Shown: positions 25,991 to 35,600 of the stretch, one piece after another | Numbering within the stretch: position 1 is the stretch's first letter | How the letters are laid out: each line of letters begins with the position of its first letter | NCBI GenBank assembly: GCA_937930175.1 | Contig: CALGLP010000013.1 | Location: forward strand, 267,764 to 331,763 | Reading direction: 5' to 3' | Origin: an uncultured bacterium | GTDB lineage: Bacteria; Omnitrophota; Gorgyraeia; Zapsychrales; Aceulaceae | Length of the DNA: 64,000 bases | Program-made: the position numbers and the translations under genes | Notes under the pieces: model-generated | What the model was told of the DNA's origin: nothing | What the model saw: only the letters and a program-made list of their open reading frames with translations | The model's database searches: none

Positions 25991-27139
25991 ATGAACAAAA
26001 AGAAAGTTTTGGTTGTCGATGATGAGAAAAGTATTACCAAGACCCTTGCGCTTCTCTTGGAGACACGCGGGTATGAGGTTGATATTGCCGAAACCGGTAC
26101 GCAAGCCTTAGAAAAGGCTCGTAACAAGCCAGACATTGTTCTTCTTGATTTGCTCCTGCCGGATATCCCCGGATTTGATGTTTGCCGTAAACTCCGGGAG
26201 CAAAAAGACACACGGCATCTACCGATTATTATTCTTTCGGTGCGTTATCTTTATGAAGATAAAATTGAGGGTCTGTATTTGGGGGCCGATGATTATATCA
26301 CCAAGCCTTTTGAATACGAGGAGCTTTTTGCCCGCATGGAGGCTGTGTTGCGTCGGCGTCAAGCCTTTAAGTCGGGTGAAGAGCAGGATCGGGGGGCGAT
26401 CGTTGTTGAGTTGCGGCGGATCATTGATCATAAGCTCATCGTTCCTTTTTTTCAGCCGATTTTCTTTTTAAAACCTTTTCGTCTGTGCGGTTTTGAAGTC
26501 TTAAGCCGTCCACCTACTAAAAGTATTTTAACGAATCCAGAAATACTTTTTGAGGCAGCACTACGGTTTGGATTTTATTATGATCTTGAGATCTTAGGAT
26601 GGACCAAAGCTTTTCAGGCTATTGTGGCGAGCGGTTACAAGGGCCAAATCTTTCTTAATTCCAACCCATATTTGATTGAAAGTGTTGAGTTTTCTCGTAT
26701 TAGGACCTTGATCGAGAATTTTAAGCTTGATAACAGCCATATTGTTTTTGAGATTACTGAACGTTCCGCGATAACTAACTATCAAATGTTTTTTGAGCGC
26801 CTCAAGGAGTATCAGCGGGTGGGTTTTGGGGTTGCCATTGATGATCTTGGTGGAGGATTTGCAAGTCTTGAGTCGATTGTCGAGGTTTCTCCAGGGTATG
26901 TTAAGATCGATATTGGTATTATCCGTAATTTGGATAAAAATCATCTGAAATTGAGTGCTGTTCGATTTATTATTGATTTTTGCAAAGAAAATAATATTGT
27001 TTCTGTGGCGGAAGGTGTTGAGACCAAGGAAGAGCTTGACATTCTTCTCTCTCTTGGGGTGGATGCGGTTCAAGGTTATCTTTTGGCGAGGCCAGCCCCG
27101 GAGATCGACGCAGAAGCGATTAAGCGTATAAGCATTTAG
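25991..27139 (+). CDS. response regulator with an EAL (c-di-GMP phosphodiesterase) output domain
   Basis: REC domain (VLVVDDE...IVLLDLLLPD) followed by an EAL domain (FQPIF...FEVLSR, EITERSAI, DDLGGGF). Confidence 0.8.
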   Translation: MNKKKVLVVDDEKSITKTLALLLETRGYEVDIAETGTQALEKARNKPDIVLLDLLLPDIPGFDVCRKLREQKDTRHLPIIILSVRYLYEDKIEGLYLGADDYITKPFEYEELFARMEAVLRRRQAFKSGEEQDRGAIVVELRRIIDHKLIVPFFQPIFFLKPFRLCGFEVLSRPPTKSILTNPEILFEAALRFGFYYDLEILGWTKAFQAIVASGYKGQIFLNSNPYLIESVEFSRIRTLIENFKLDNSHIVFEITERSAITNYQMFFERLKEYQRVGFGVAIDDLGGGFASLESIVEVSPGYVKIDIGIIRNLDKNHLKLSAVRFIIDFCKENNIVSVAEGVETKEELDILLSLGVDAVQGYLLARPAPEIDAEAIKRISI

Positions 27140-27207
27140 GCCAAAAAGCGTAAGGTTTTTTAATGATCGACACAGAGTACGCAATTGATACGGGGAGTCA
27201 CTAAACG

Positions 27208-28179
27208 ATGTTTTCTTTATTATTTTTATTTGCGAGTGTTTTAACCGCTTCAGCGTTTTGCTCGATGGCAGAGGCGGCTGTGCTGAGTTTGCCATTTGTC
27301 CGCGCAAAAGTTTTGCATGATCAGGGAAAGGCTGGCGCAAAAGATCTTTTATATTTAAAAGACAACATTGATAAAACACTAGCGACGATTGTTATTTTAA
27401 ATAATATTATTAATATTATTGGATCGATCTTTGTTGGCCAGCATGCAGCGGTGTTATTTGGAGAGAAATGGCTTGGCGTTATTTCTGCGCTCATCACATT
27501 TATGGTGATTATTTTTGGTGAGATTATTCCCAAGACTATTGGTGAGCGTTATAAAACAACACTTTCGCTTTTTTTGGCTAAACCCTTGCACTGGCTTGTC
27601 TGGCTCATGCAGCCGATCGTGAATTTTGTGATGGGCGCCACAAAACCTTTTTTAAGAAAACGAAATCTGCCTAGGATCACTGAGGAAGAGATCAAGATGA
27701 TGCTTAAAATGGGCCGTGACGCTGGAACGGTGGAAAGTGATGAAGAGATTTTGTGTAATCATGTGTTTCGCCTCAACGATTTAAAGGCCTATCAGATGAT
27801 GAAGCCGATCGTTCAGATCTTTGCATTGCATTCGAAGAGTAAGCTTTCTGAGATCAAAGAGGCGGTGATCGCGTCACGTTTTAGCCGTATTGCGGTTTAC
27901 GATAAGAATCCTTTGGATTTGGTTGGCGTTGTACAGCAACGTGTCTTGTTGCGGGAAATCGCTAAGGACAATGACACGGCGTGTGTGGGAGATCTGATGA
28001 CGGATCCTATTTTTATCAGCCATATGACGAGCGCGGATATACTTTTAGAAAAGTTTCGCACGTATCATCAGCATCTCTTTATTGTGCAGAATGAAGTGGG
28101 GAAAAATATTGGGCTGATCACCATGGAAGATGTGTTAGAGGAGCTTTTTGGGGAAATTTATGATGAGAAGGACACGTAA
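27208..28179 (+). CDS. DUF21/CNNM-CBS membrane protein (HlyC/CorC-family transporter core lacking the CorC_HlyC C-domain)
   Basis: Four N-terminal TM helices of the DUF21 type followed by a CBS pair. Confidence 0.7.
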   Translation: MFSLLFLFASVLTASAFCSMAEAAVLSLPFVRAKVLHDQGKAGAKDLLYLKDNIDKTLATIVILNNIINIIGSIFVGQHAAVLFGEKWLGVISALITFMVIIFGEIIPKTIGERYKTTLSLFLAKPLHWLVWLMQPIVNFVMGATKPFLRKRNLPRITEEEIKMMLKMGRDAGTVESDEEILCNHVFRLNDLKAYQMMKPIVQIFALHSKSKLSEIKEAVIASRFSRIAVYDKNPLDLVGVVQQRVLLREIAKDNDTACVGDLMTDPIFISHMTSADILLEKFRTYHQHLFIVQNEVGKNIGLITMEDVLEELFGEIYDEKDT

Positions 28180-28210
28180 CGTTTGGGTAGGCTTTTGCTT
28201 GCAGCGGGGA

Positions 28211-28807
28211 ATGGTGCTTAGGCGAGAAAAAGCTCAAGAGAAGGTTTTCCTGGAACCTCGGCGGATTCCATGTCTTGTTTTTTTGATTGTCGCCTTCTTT
28301 TCTATTTCTTGCGCGCGATGGATGCCTAAGGCTAGGCCTCAAGCTTCAAGCGAGATAGTTGATTTTAGCGCCCAGATCGTTGATCCTCATTGTTTGCTAA
28401 AAGGTAATCTTGTGATCGAGCCTTTTAAACCTGGCGAGGGTGTTTTTGCGGATGCTCAAGTTTCGCAGGCCTCCTTAACGATGGTCAAGGGCTTTGTGGA
28501 CACGATGAGTCAAGGCTCTTCTGATCTTAACGTGATCACTGATGATCAGACCGAGAAGGCCCTCTTTTTTATCAAAGGTTATGTGATAAAATTTGAAAAT
28601 CCTTTGGGATTGATGGATCGCGTTAAAAAGGCGCGCAATACTTTTGCTGTGGAAGGGAAGGTCATCAATTTAGAAACAAATCGTGTCCTTGTGCTTTTTT
28701 CTTCGGTGGCCAGATCCTCGCAGGAAAAAAATATCAATGATTGCGCGTATGCGACGGGTAAGCGTTTGGCGGACTACCTTTTGAGCCAAAGCAAGGAGCA
28801 ACCGTGA
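28211..28807 (+). CDS. hypothetical lipoprotein
   Basis: Signal peptide with the lipobox-like FFSISC. The start is uncertain; the longer ORF overlaps the previous gene. Confidence 0.35.
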   Translation: MVLRREKAQEKVFLEPRRIPCLVFLIVAFFSISCARWMPKARPQASSEIVDFSAQIVDPHCLLKGNLVIEPFKPGEGVFADAQVSQASLTMVKGFVDTMSQGSSDLNVITDDQTEKALFFIKGYVIKFENPLGLMDRVKKARNTFAVEGKVINLETNRVLVLFSSVARSSQEKNINDCAYATGKRLADYLLSQSKEQP

Positions 28808-29769
28808 TTATTGTGACTGGGGCCGCAGGTTTTATTGGTAGTTGCATTTTGGCTGCGCTTAATGCCGCAGGCCGATCGGATATTCTGCTTGTTGATCATT
28901 TGGATAACGATTTGAAACCCAAGAATCTTCGCAACAAGAAATTCTTAGAATACGTGGATAAAGCTGATTTCTTAAAATCTGTTAAGGATAATCAGATACC
29001 AGCCGATGTGGAGTGCATCATTCATATGGGTGCGTGCAGTTCAACGATTTTGCAAGATGCCGCCTATTATGAAGAAAATAATTTTCTCTATACAAAAACA
29101 CTGGCCCAGTGGGCGCTTGCGCGTAAGGTGAGATTCATTTACGCGAGTTCCGCGGCGACTTATGGTGATGGCGCCCAAGGGTATAGTGATGATCACGCGC
29201 TTCTTAAGAATTATAGACCGCTTAATTTTTATGGTGATTCAAAGCAAAAATTTGACGTCTGGGCGCTTGAGCAAGGCGTGCTTGACCAGATGGTGGGGTT
29301 GAAGTTTTTTAATGTTTTTGGGCCTAATGAGTATCACAAGGGGCCGATGCGCAGTGTTATTTTAAAGGCTTATAAGAAAGTTAAAGACGAAGGCAAGATG
29401 CTTCTGTATAAATCTTATAAACAGGCTTATGCACATGGGGAACAGAAACGCGATTTTATTTATATTAAAGACGCTGTAGATATGGTGATGTTTTTTTTCA
29501 CTCATCCTGAGGTGCGCGGGATTTTTAATGTTGGGACGGGCAAGGCGCGAACCTGGAATGATGTCGCGCATGCGCTTTTTGCGGCTACGCATCAAAAGCC
29601 TGTGATCGAGTATATCGAGATGCCAGAGCCTATGAGGCCACAGTATCAATATTTTACACAAGCCGATATGACAAAGTTGCGCATGGCTGGCTACGCCAAG
29701 CCCTTGATGGAGCTTGAGGATAGTGTTCTCGATTACGTGCGGTATCTAGAGCGTAAAGATTATATTTAA
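28804..29769 (+). CDS. hldD: ADP-L-glycero-D-manno-heptose 6-epimerase
   Basis: N-terminus MIIVTGAAGFIGSCILAALN...ILLVDHLDN and the SDR-epimerase pattern YASSAATYG; typical length. Confidence 0.85.
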   Translation: MIIVTGAAGFIGSCILAALNAAGRSDILLVDHLDNDLKPKNLRNKKFLEYVDKADFLKSVKDNQIPADVECIIHMGACSSTILQDAAYYEENNFLYTKTLAQWALARKVRFIYASSAATYGDGAQGYSDDHALLKNYRPLNFYGDSKQKFDVWALEQGVLDQMVGLKFFNVFGPNEYHKGPMRSVILKAYKKVKDEGKMLLYKSYKQAYAHGEQKRDFIYIKDAVDMVMFFFTHPEVRGIFNVGTGKARTWNDVAHALFAATHQKPVIEYIEMPEPMRPQYQYFTQADMTKLRMAGYAKPLMELEDSVLDYVRYLERKDYI

Positions 29770-29790
29770 TCTTATTGATAAGGAGTCCTT

Positions 29791-30861
29791 ATGATGATCA
29801 TGATCTTAAGCTTTGTTGCGATAGTGTTGTTGGTGATCGGCGTGTCGATCGTCTGGCGGGCATTTTGTGCTGTGCCCAAAGACGATGAGATCGTTTTGAA
29901 AAAAGTTTATGAAGAGAAACAAAAAGCTTTAGATCTTGCGCTGAAAGCTGAAGAAAAGGCCAAGAAAGATCTACAACTTTTGAAAAATGAGCTTGTGGCC
30001 TCGCGCGAAAGCCTCGAATTGACACGTAAAGAAACAGATAGGATTGCAAGTCAATTGCAAGGTGCGGATGCCAAGGCCAAAGAGATTGAGAGCAAGGCCC
30101 GCATGCAGATCGAGCAACTTGAGCGAGAAATGCTTGAGTTAAAGCAGGAGAGCGAACAATCCAAGACGCAAGCTGTCGAGCCCTTAGAAAAGATAAAAGC
30201 CTTGGAAGAAAAGATTGCGGACATTGTGCTCAAGGCCAATGAACAGGCCAATGGTGCCGTGGAAGTCATTGGCACGTTACAATCTCAGCTTGCGGAATTA
30301 AAGGAAAAAGAAAATTCGTATCAGCAAGAAATTAAAACTCTTGAGGCCAAGGTATCAGATGTCCAGCAAGTTGCGGGAGCGCAGGAGAAGATAAGAGAAG
30401 AAAATGAACAGTTAAAGAAAGAAAATCAGGAGCTTCAGACAAAATATCAGAAAGAGATCGAAGGGCTTCACGTGATCGAACAAGAGCTTTTTAAATTACG
30501 GCAAGACAATGAAGCCTTAGAAGTAAAGGCCCAAAATAAAGATGGTGCCTCGCAAGATTTTGAAAAAGAAACCAAACGGCTCAAGGAAGAATTTCAAGCG
30601 CAGACACAGGAGATCGCCCAGCGTATTAAAGAGCTTGAACAAGAAAAAAGTGTTTTGGAGAAGAAGGCGCAGCAATCAGGTAGTAGTAACGGACAGGAAG
30701 CGGAAGTTTTGAAGAAATCCAATGAGCAGCTTGCCCAGCAGAACAAGCTTGCGCAGATTGAACTTGTGAAGGCCAGGGCGCGCGCTCAAGGGCTTGAACG
30801 TATCTGTGCGGACTACCAAGCGCAGCTTGAAGATATGTTAAAAAAGACGCACAGTAGTTGA
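29791..30861 (+). CDS. membrane-anchored coiled-coil protein (SMC-like heptad repeats, Glu/Lys/Gln-rich)
   Basis: N-terminal TM segment, then about 320 aa of predicted coiled coil. Confidence 0.5.
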   Translation: MMIMILSFVAIVLLVIGVSIVWRAFCAVPKDDEIVLKKVYEEKQKALDLALKAEEKAKKDLQLLKNELVASRESLELTRKETDRIASQLQGADAKAKEIESKARMQIEQLEREMLELKQESEQSKTQAVEPLEKIKALEEKIADIVLKANEQANGAVEVIGTLQSQLAELKEKENSYQQEIKTLEAKVSDVQQVAGAQEKIREENEQLKKENQELQTKYQKEIEGLHVIEQELFKLRQDNEALEVKAQNKDGASQDFEKETKRLKEEFQAQTQEIAQRIKELEQEKSVLEKKAQQSGSSNGQEAEVLKKSNEQLAQQNKLAQIELVKARARAQGLERICADYQAQLEDMLKKTHSS

Positions 30862-30892
30862 GCCGCTTCTTCATCCGCCTACGCAGGATACC

Positions 30893-30918
30893 ACCCCGCA
30901 GAACTTCTGCGGGGTGTA
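30893..30918 (+). other. hairpin ACCCCGCAGA-ACTTC-TGCGGGGT after the coiled-coil protein gene
   Basis: Seen directly; no U-tract follows. Confidence 0.35.
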
Positions 30919-31021
30919 GGAATGCGAAAATGCTGTTACCGATGCTTCGGTGGATGTTCGCCCTTTTCTTAGAAAGGTGGATGACTTTAGTCGTGGGGCT
31001 CCATTTCAAGAGAATTGTCTT

Positions 31022-31438
31022 ATGAGCGTTGATAGCCTTCATCAGTTTTCGCTTGCCCATGGATCTCTCTTAGAAGCCCTTGATCGCATCCAATCTGTTA
31101 CGCGTTCGCATGGGGAAGCCCAGATACGATTACGCGAGCTCGAGAAGCGCTTATTTTTATTCTTTGGAAAAGAAGACAAGGATTTTTTTGATGCGTTGTA
31201 CGCGTTTTATCAAGAGGACCGGCCGTCGACAAGAATGATTGATTTTCTTGTTCATGATTTAAAGGACCTTAAGATTCAATTTCTGACTTTTTTTGAGCAA
31301 CATGCACTGGAGGCGACGGCACTTCATGCGCGTAGTTTCCCTAAAGATTTTGCTGTCTTCGCCGACCAGGTCGTTGGTAGAATTAAAATGGAGCAAGAAT
31401 ATCTTTTTCCGCTTTTACAAAAGATGGCTTCGGGATGA
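31022..31438 (+). CDS. hypothetical protein
   Basis: ORF is 30950..31438; start chosen at the internal ATG. No recognisable domain. Confidence 0.3.
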   Translation: MSVDSLHQFSLAHGSLLEALDRIQSVTRSHGEAQIRLRELEKRLFLFFGKEDKDFFDALYAFYQEDRPSTRMIDFLVHDLKDLKIQFLTFFEQHALEATALHARSFPKDFAVFADQVVGRIKMEQEYLFPLLQKMASG

Positions 31439-31478
31439 GGCAGTTGCAAAGAACTCTTTTTTTGTTATAATAACCCCT

Positions 31479-31904
31479 ATGAAAAAACAAATCTTATTGA
31501 TCGGCGTCCTTTTTCTATTCTGCGGATGTGGGCATCTTCGAGAGGCTGCCAAGGTTGTCTGGGGGTCTTCCACGAAGGCCCTTGAAGACAATCGTGCCAG
31601 CGCAACTGTTAAAACTTATGAATGTTTTGCTGGTGCGTGTTTTGACACCATCGTCACAACAGCTAAGGACAAGAAATATGAGGTCTTTATCAGCGATCGT
31701 GCAAACAACCGTATCGTTGTCATGGGTGTTCCAGGAGGTATCGAAACAACGGAAATAGGGATCTTTATCACGCCATTAAAACTCAAGGAATCAAAAATCG
31801 AAGTTGTTTCGCTAAGCTCGATCGCGCAAGCCACAGTTTCTTCGGTTCTTTTTGACGCGCTTGGAAGAACTTATCTCGAGATCAAAGAAATTCCTTTATT
31901 ATGA
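31479..31904 (+). CDS. hypothetical lipoprotein
   Basis: MKKQILLIGVLFLFCGC signal peptide with a lipobox. Confidence 0.5.
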   Translation: MKKQILLIGVLFLFCGCGHLREAAKVVWGSSTKALEDNRASATVKTYECFAGACFDTIVTTAKDKKYEVFISDRANNRIVVMGVPGGIETTEIGIFITPLKLKESKIEVVSLSSIAQATVSSVLFDALGRTYLEIKEIPLL

Positions 31905-32416
31905 TTGAACATGAACTTCTCTTTTTAGGGCTCCTGATGGAGGGGCCTAAGCATGGCTATGAGATCAAACGCCAGATCGAAGAGGAGCTTGTTCCGTTTT
32001 TGGGCCTCAAGATCAAGTCGATTTATTATCCTTTGCGCAAGATGGAAAAGCTTGGTCTTGTGGTCAAGGATGCAGGTCGTGAAGGCAATTTTCCAGAACG
32101 ATTTACCTACACAATTACAGATAAGGGTAAAAAGATTTTCGACCATCTTTTAACGGAAAACTTCTTTTCCATTGAGCGCCCGTATTTTAACATCGACCTT
32201 TCTCTTTTTTTCTTGCCGTATGTGGATAAAAAGATCGCTCAGCGGCGTTTGCGTGCCCGTGTGATCTTCTTAAGGCGTATCAAGCGTGACTTGGAAGGGA
32301 TTAGCAAGAATCCTAAGGGTATTGCCAAGCACCTGCAGATTATTCTCGAGCATGATTTGGATCTGGTTTCTGCGGAAATCAAGTCCATCGCAAAACTCAT
32401 CCAGACCCTTCAGTAG
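31901..32416 (+). CDS. PadR-family transcriptional regulator
   Basis: Winged-HTH PadR signature (GPKHGYEIKRQIEE...YYPLRKMEKLGLV). Confidence 0.75.
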   Translation: MIEHELLFLGLLMEGPKHGYEIKRQIEEELVPFLGLKIKSIYYPLRKMEKLGLVVKDAGREGNFPERFTYTITDKGKKIFDHLLTENFFSIERPYFNIDLSLFFLPYVDKKIAQRRLRARVIFLRRIKRDLEGISKNPKGIAKHLQIILEHDLDLVSAEIKSIAKLIQTLQ

Positions 32417-32687
32417 GCTTGCCTAGGGCAGCACTCCCTGTTCCATCCAATCAGCGTTTTAATCGCCTTCTTTTTCATGATTTTGGAATTAATTATTTTT
32501 ATTTTTCTCTCATTTTTTATTTCCTCGTCGATGCAAGCGCTTTCCCAAAAAAGGTCAAATCGCCCCCATTTTCGTCTTTTATGTGTCATGCTTAAAGTAG
32601 GAATCATCGAGTTGTTTAAAAAAATCTATAGTTGATACACGCAACTTTTTCTCCGCCAGCCACGGAGATTACACAAGGAGGAAAAAA

Positions 32688-35600
32688 ATGCGTAGCACAA
32701 AGAACTTTTCTTGCAGGTCCAGACTGTCTCGTTGTCTATCCCTTATTGTATTGTTCCATTTTTTTGTGCTAAGCGCGATCCCTCCTGGGTATGCGCAAAG
32801 CGTTAGTCTGCCTGCAGTTGGCGCGCTTGTTCCTCTGAGCCCTGGCTTTCAGCCAGCGGTCTTGCGTGGCGTTCAGGTCGACCCCATCAAGCATCTGGAG
32901 CTTAAATTTATTGTTGATGGCGGGCAAAGCGGCTTAAAAGGGGAAAGCCTTGAAAAAGAGACTAAGGATCTTGTTAATTATTTCCTGGCCTCCTTGGCCA
33001 TTCCTGAAGATGATCTCTGGGTTAACCTCTCGCCTTATGAAAACGATCGCGTTGTGCCAACTAATTTAGGAAATACCGACATGGGCCGGGACCTTCTGGC
33101 CCAGGATTATCTTTTAAAGCAAGTCACGGCCTCCTTATTATATCCCGATGATGAACTCGGCAAAAAGTTTTGGAATACGATTTACAAAAAAGCCTACGCG
33201 CGCTACGGCACGACCAATATCCCCGTTAATACCTTTAATAAGGTCTGGATCCTGCCAGACACCGCGAAAGTGTATGAAGAAAAAGACCGCGCTATTATTA
33301 CCGAAGCCCGGATGAAAGTTATGCTCGAAGAGGATTATTTATCTAAAGAAAAGAATTTGGAAGTCGATAGTGATGGAAAGAATGATAAAACCGCGCAGTT
33401 GTCCTCTGAGATCATGCGCGAGGTCGTGATCCCTGAGATCGAAAAAGAAGTTAACGAAGGAAAGAATTTTGCCAAGGTTCGTCAGATCTATTATTCACTT
33501 GTGTTGGCGCATTGGTTTAAGACCAAGCTCAAAGGTGTTTTGCTTAACAAGATTTTTGCGGACATGTCCAAGGTCAAAGGTTTTGAAGCCAAGGATCCCA
33601 AGGAGATCAATAAGATTTATGATCAGTACGTAGCGTCGTTTAAAAAAGGCGTCTGTAATGTCTTGCGCATTGATTATGACACGAATGAAAAGAAGCATGT
33701 ACCAAGAAAGTATTTTTCAGGGGGTGTTGTTCTGGAGGTCGAAACCACGCCTGATACTGCCGCCAGTGCAATTACGGTATTGAAGAGGGCTGCAACGTTA
33801 ATGGTTGCCGCTTTTCTTTTTACATTTGCCTCCTTAACCACCAAGGCTGAAACCTCAAAATCTCTGGATCAGGGGGACAAGGCCACAACGATTGAGGCCA
33901 TAACGACAACACAATCGCAAGCGGAAGTGTATGACGCGACAGGGGAATTTACTGATTTTGAAGGCCCGCCCATGGATTCTCCGCTTTTGGATACAATCCA
34001 ACAAAATTTTCAACAATACAAACCTTTTCAGGCAGGGGATGTGATCCTGTCAGGCAGAGGTCAGTCTATTCTGGAGGTTGCTCAGGTTTTGCCCACAATG
34101 ATTACAAATAAAGGCCAGAAGATTAATGTCAATGTTTGCTGGGGAAAGTTAACCGAAAATGGAAATGTTCGCGAGGTCTTTTTTGTTCAGCTTCAAAATC
34201 CAAGCGCAAAATTTAATCAGGGACATATGACATATTCACATTCTTTACATGGTCTTATCAATGCGGCAAAGGCTGATCCAAGTTTTCGTCAGACCCTAGA
34301 AACTGCTTCAGGCAAGACGTTGCAGCAGCTAGAGGATGAGCTTACGCGCATCTCCGCCAAAGATGCGGTTTTGCAAGATCATTCTTTTATGAATATTAAG
34401 GGTATTGATAACACAAGAAAGATGGCGATTGGCGCTATTTGTTTTGTGGCTCAAGGGGACACTATTGTGCCGGTCATTATTCCTATCCATGGGCTTGATC
34501 CTATACCTTTTTTAGGTTGGGAGATGGGGATTAAAGCGATCATGACTCAATACAAGAGAGTTGAATCAATCGAAGTTTTAGGTGGCCACACTTTTAATGT
34601 TAAAGTCAATGGAAGCTGGCGTACTGTCTCTACCGCGCAAGGTCCGGATGCCGAAAACTTGAGCGGTGTTGTAAATTTGAGCCGAAATTTTATTCAGGAT
34701 TATTCTGCTGGAAATTTTAGTCCATGGGCTGCTGATGGTCAGAAGCTTCTTTTAGATTTTGCAGGTATTTCTCAGGCTGCAAACACGGCAACGCAAGAAG
34801 CTGATGGCACGATATCCGAGGTTCGGGATTTGGCGTCAGACTTGTCCCAGCGCGATAGCACGATTTTTAATATTTTGAATTTGGTCTTTCCAAATTTTCT
34901 TGAACAGATCAAACAGAAAGCTGATGAGTTTAATGCAAGCGCAAAGACAAATATTACAAGCGCTCAGGGTGACCTTCAAGATGCGTATAATCAAGCTCAA
35001 GCCGATATTAGTCAGGATCAGAAGCAGTTAGCCTATATCGGATTTCTCGCGCGGCTGCTTAACAATCCCTATGTCCAGAAACAAGGTGAGAGTTTTGTAA
35101 ATCAACTGGTCCAAAATAGCTATGCCCAAGCAGGTGGTGGTGTATTTGAGGCGGGAACAAATGCTCAGATTCAGGATGTCGTGAATCAAATTAACAGCAC
35201 TGGGGTAGAGTTTTCCAGAACAAATAGCGCAGGAAAGACAGAAACTTTTTCGTTAAATTTGCGCACTGTTGCATCCTTGCGTTATTTATTTTCGTTGGAC
35301 GCAGGTTTATTAGCCCAAGGCAAGGTGACTTTTGATGAAACAACAGAAAATCTTTTGATGGAGCTTAACGAGGAAGCCAATGGCACTGTTTCTCAAGGGT
35401 TATTGACACTTTTTGAAGATCTTGGAAACCTTGATACTTCAGGTTTGCAGGAAGTTTTTAACAAGATTATGGCTGGCCCATCGCAGGGCAAGGTTGAAGG
35501 TCAGGTTGATATGGGGCTTTTTATTAAAGGCCTTGTGGGTGGATTCCAGACGGCTTGCGGTGAATTTGGCTGGAAGGGCGAGGTTAAGGGTTTACCGATG

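Noticed and set aside
26594-27379. 261-aa minus-strand ORF
   Set aside because: Antisense to the REC-EAL gene and to the start of the DUF21-CBS gene. It has no domain signal and reflects AT-rich antisense of real genes.
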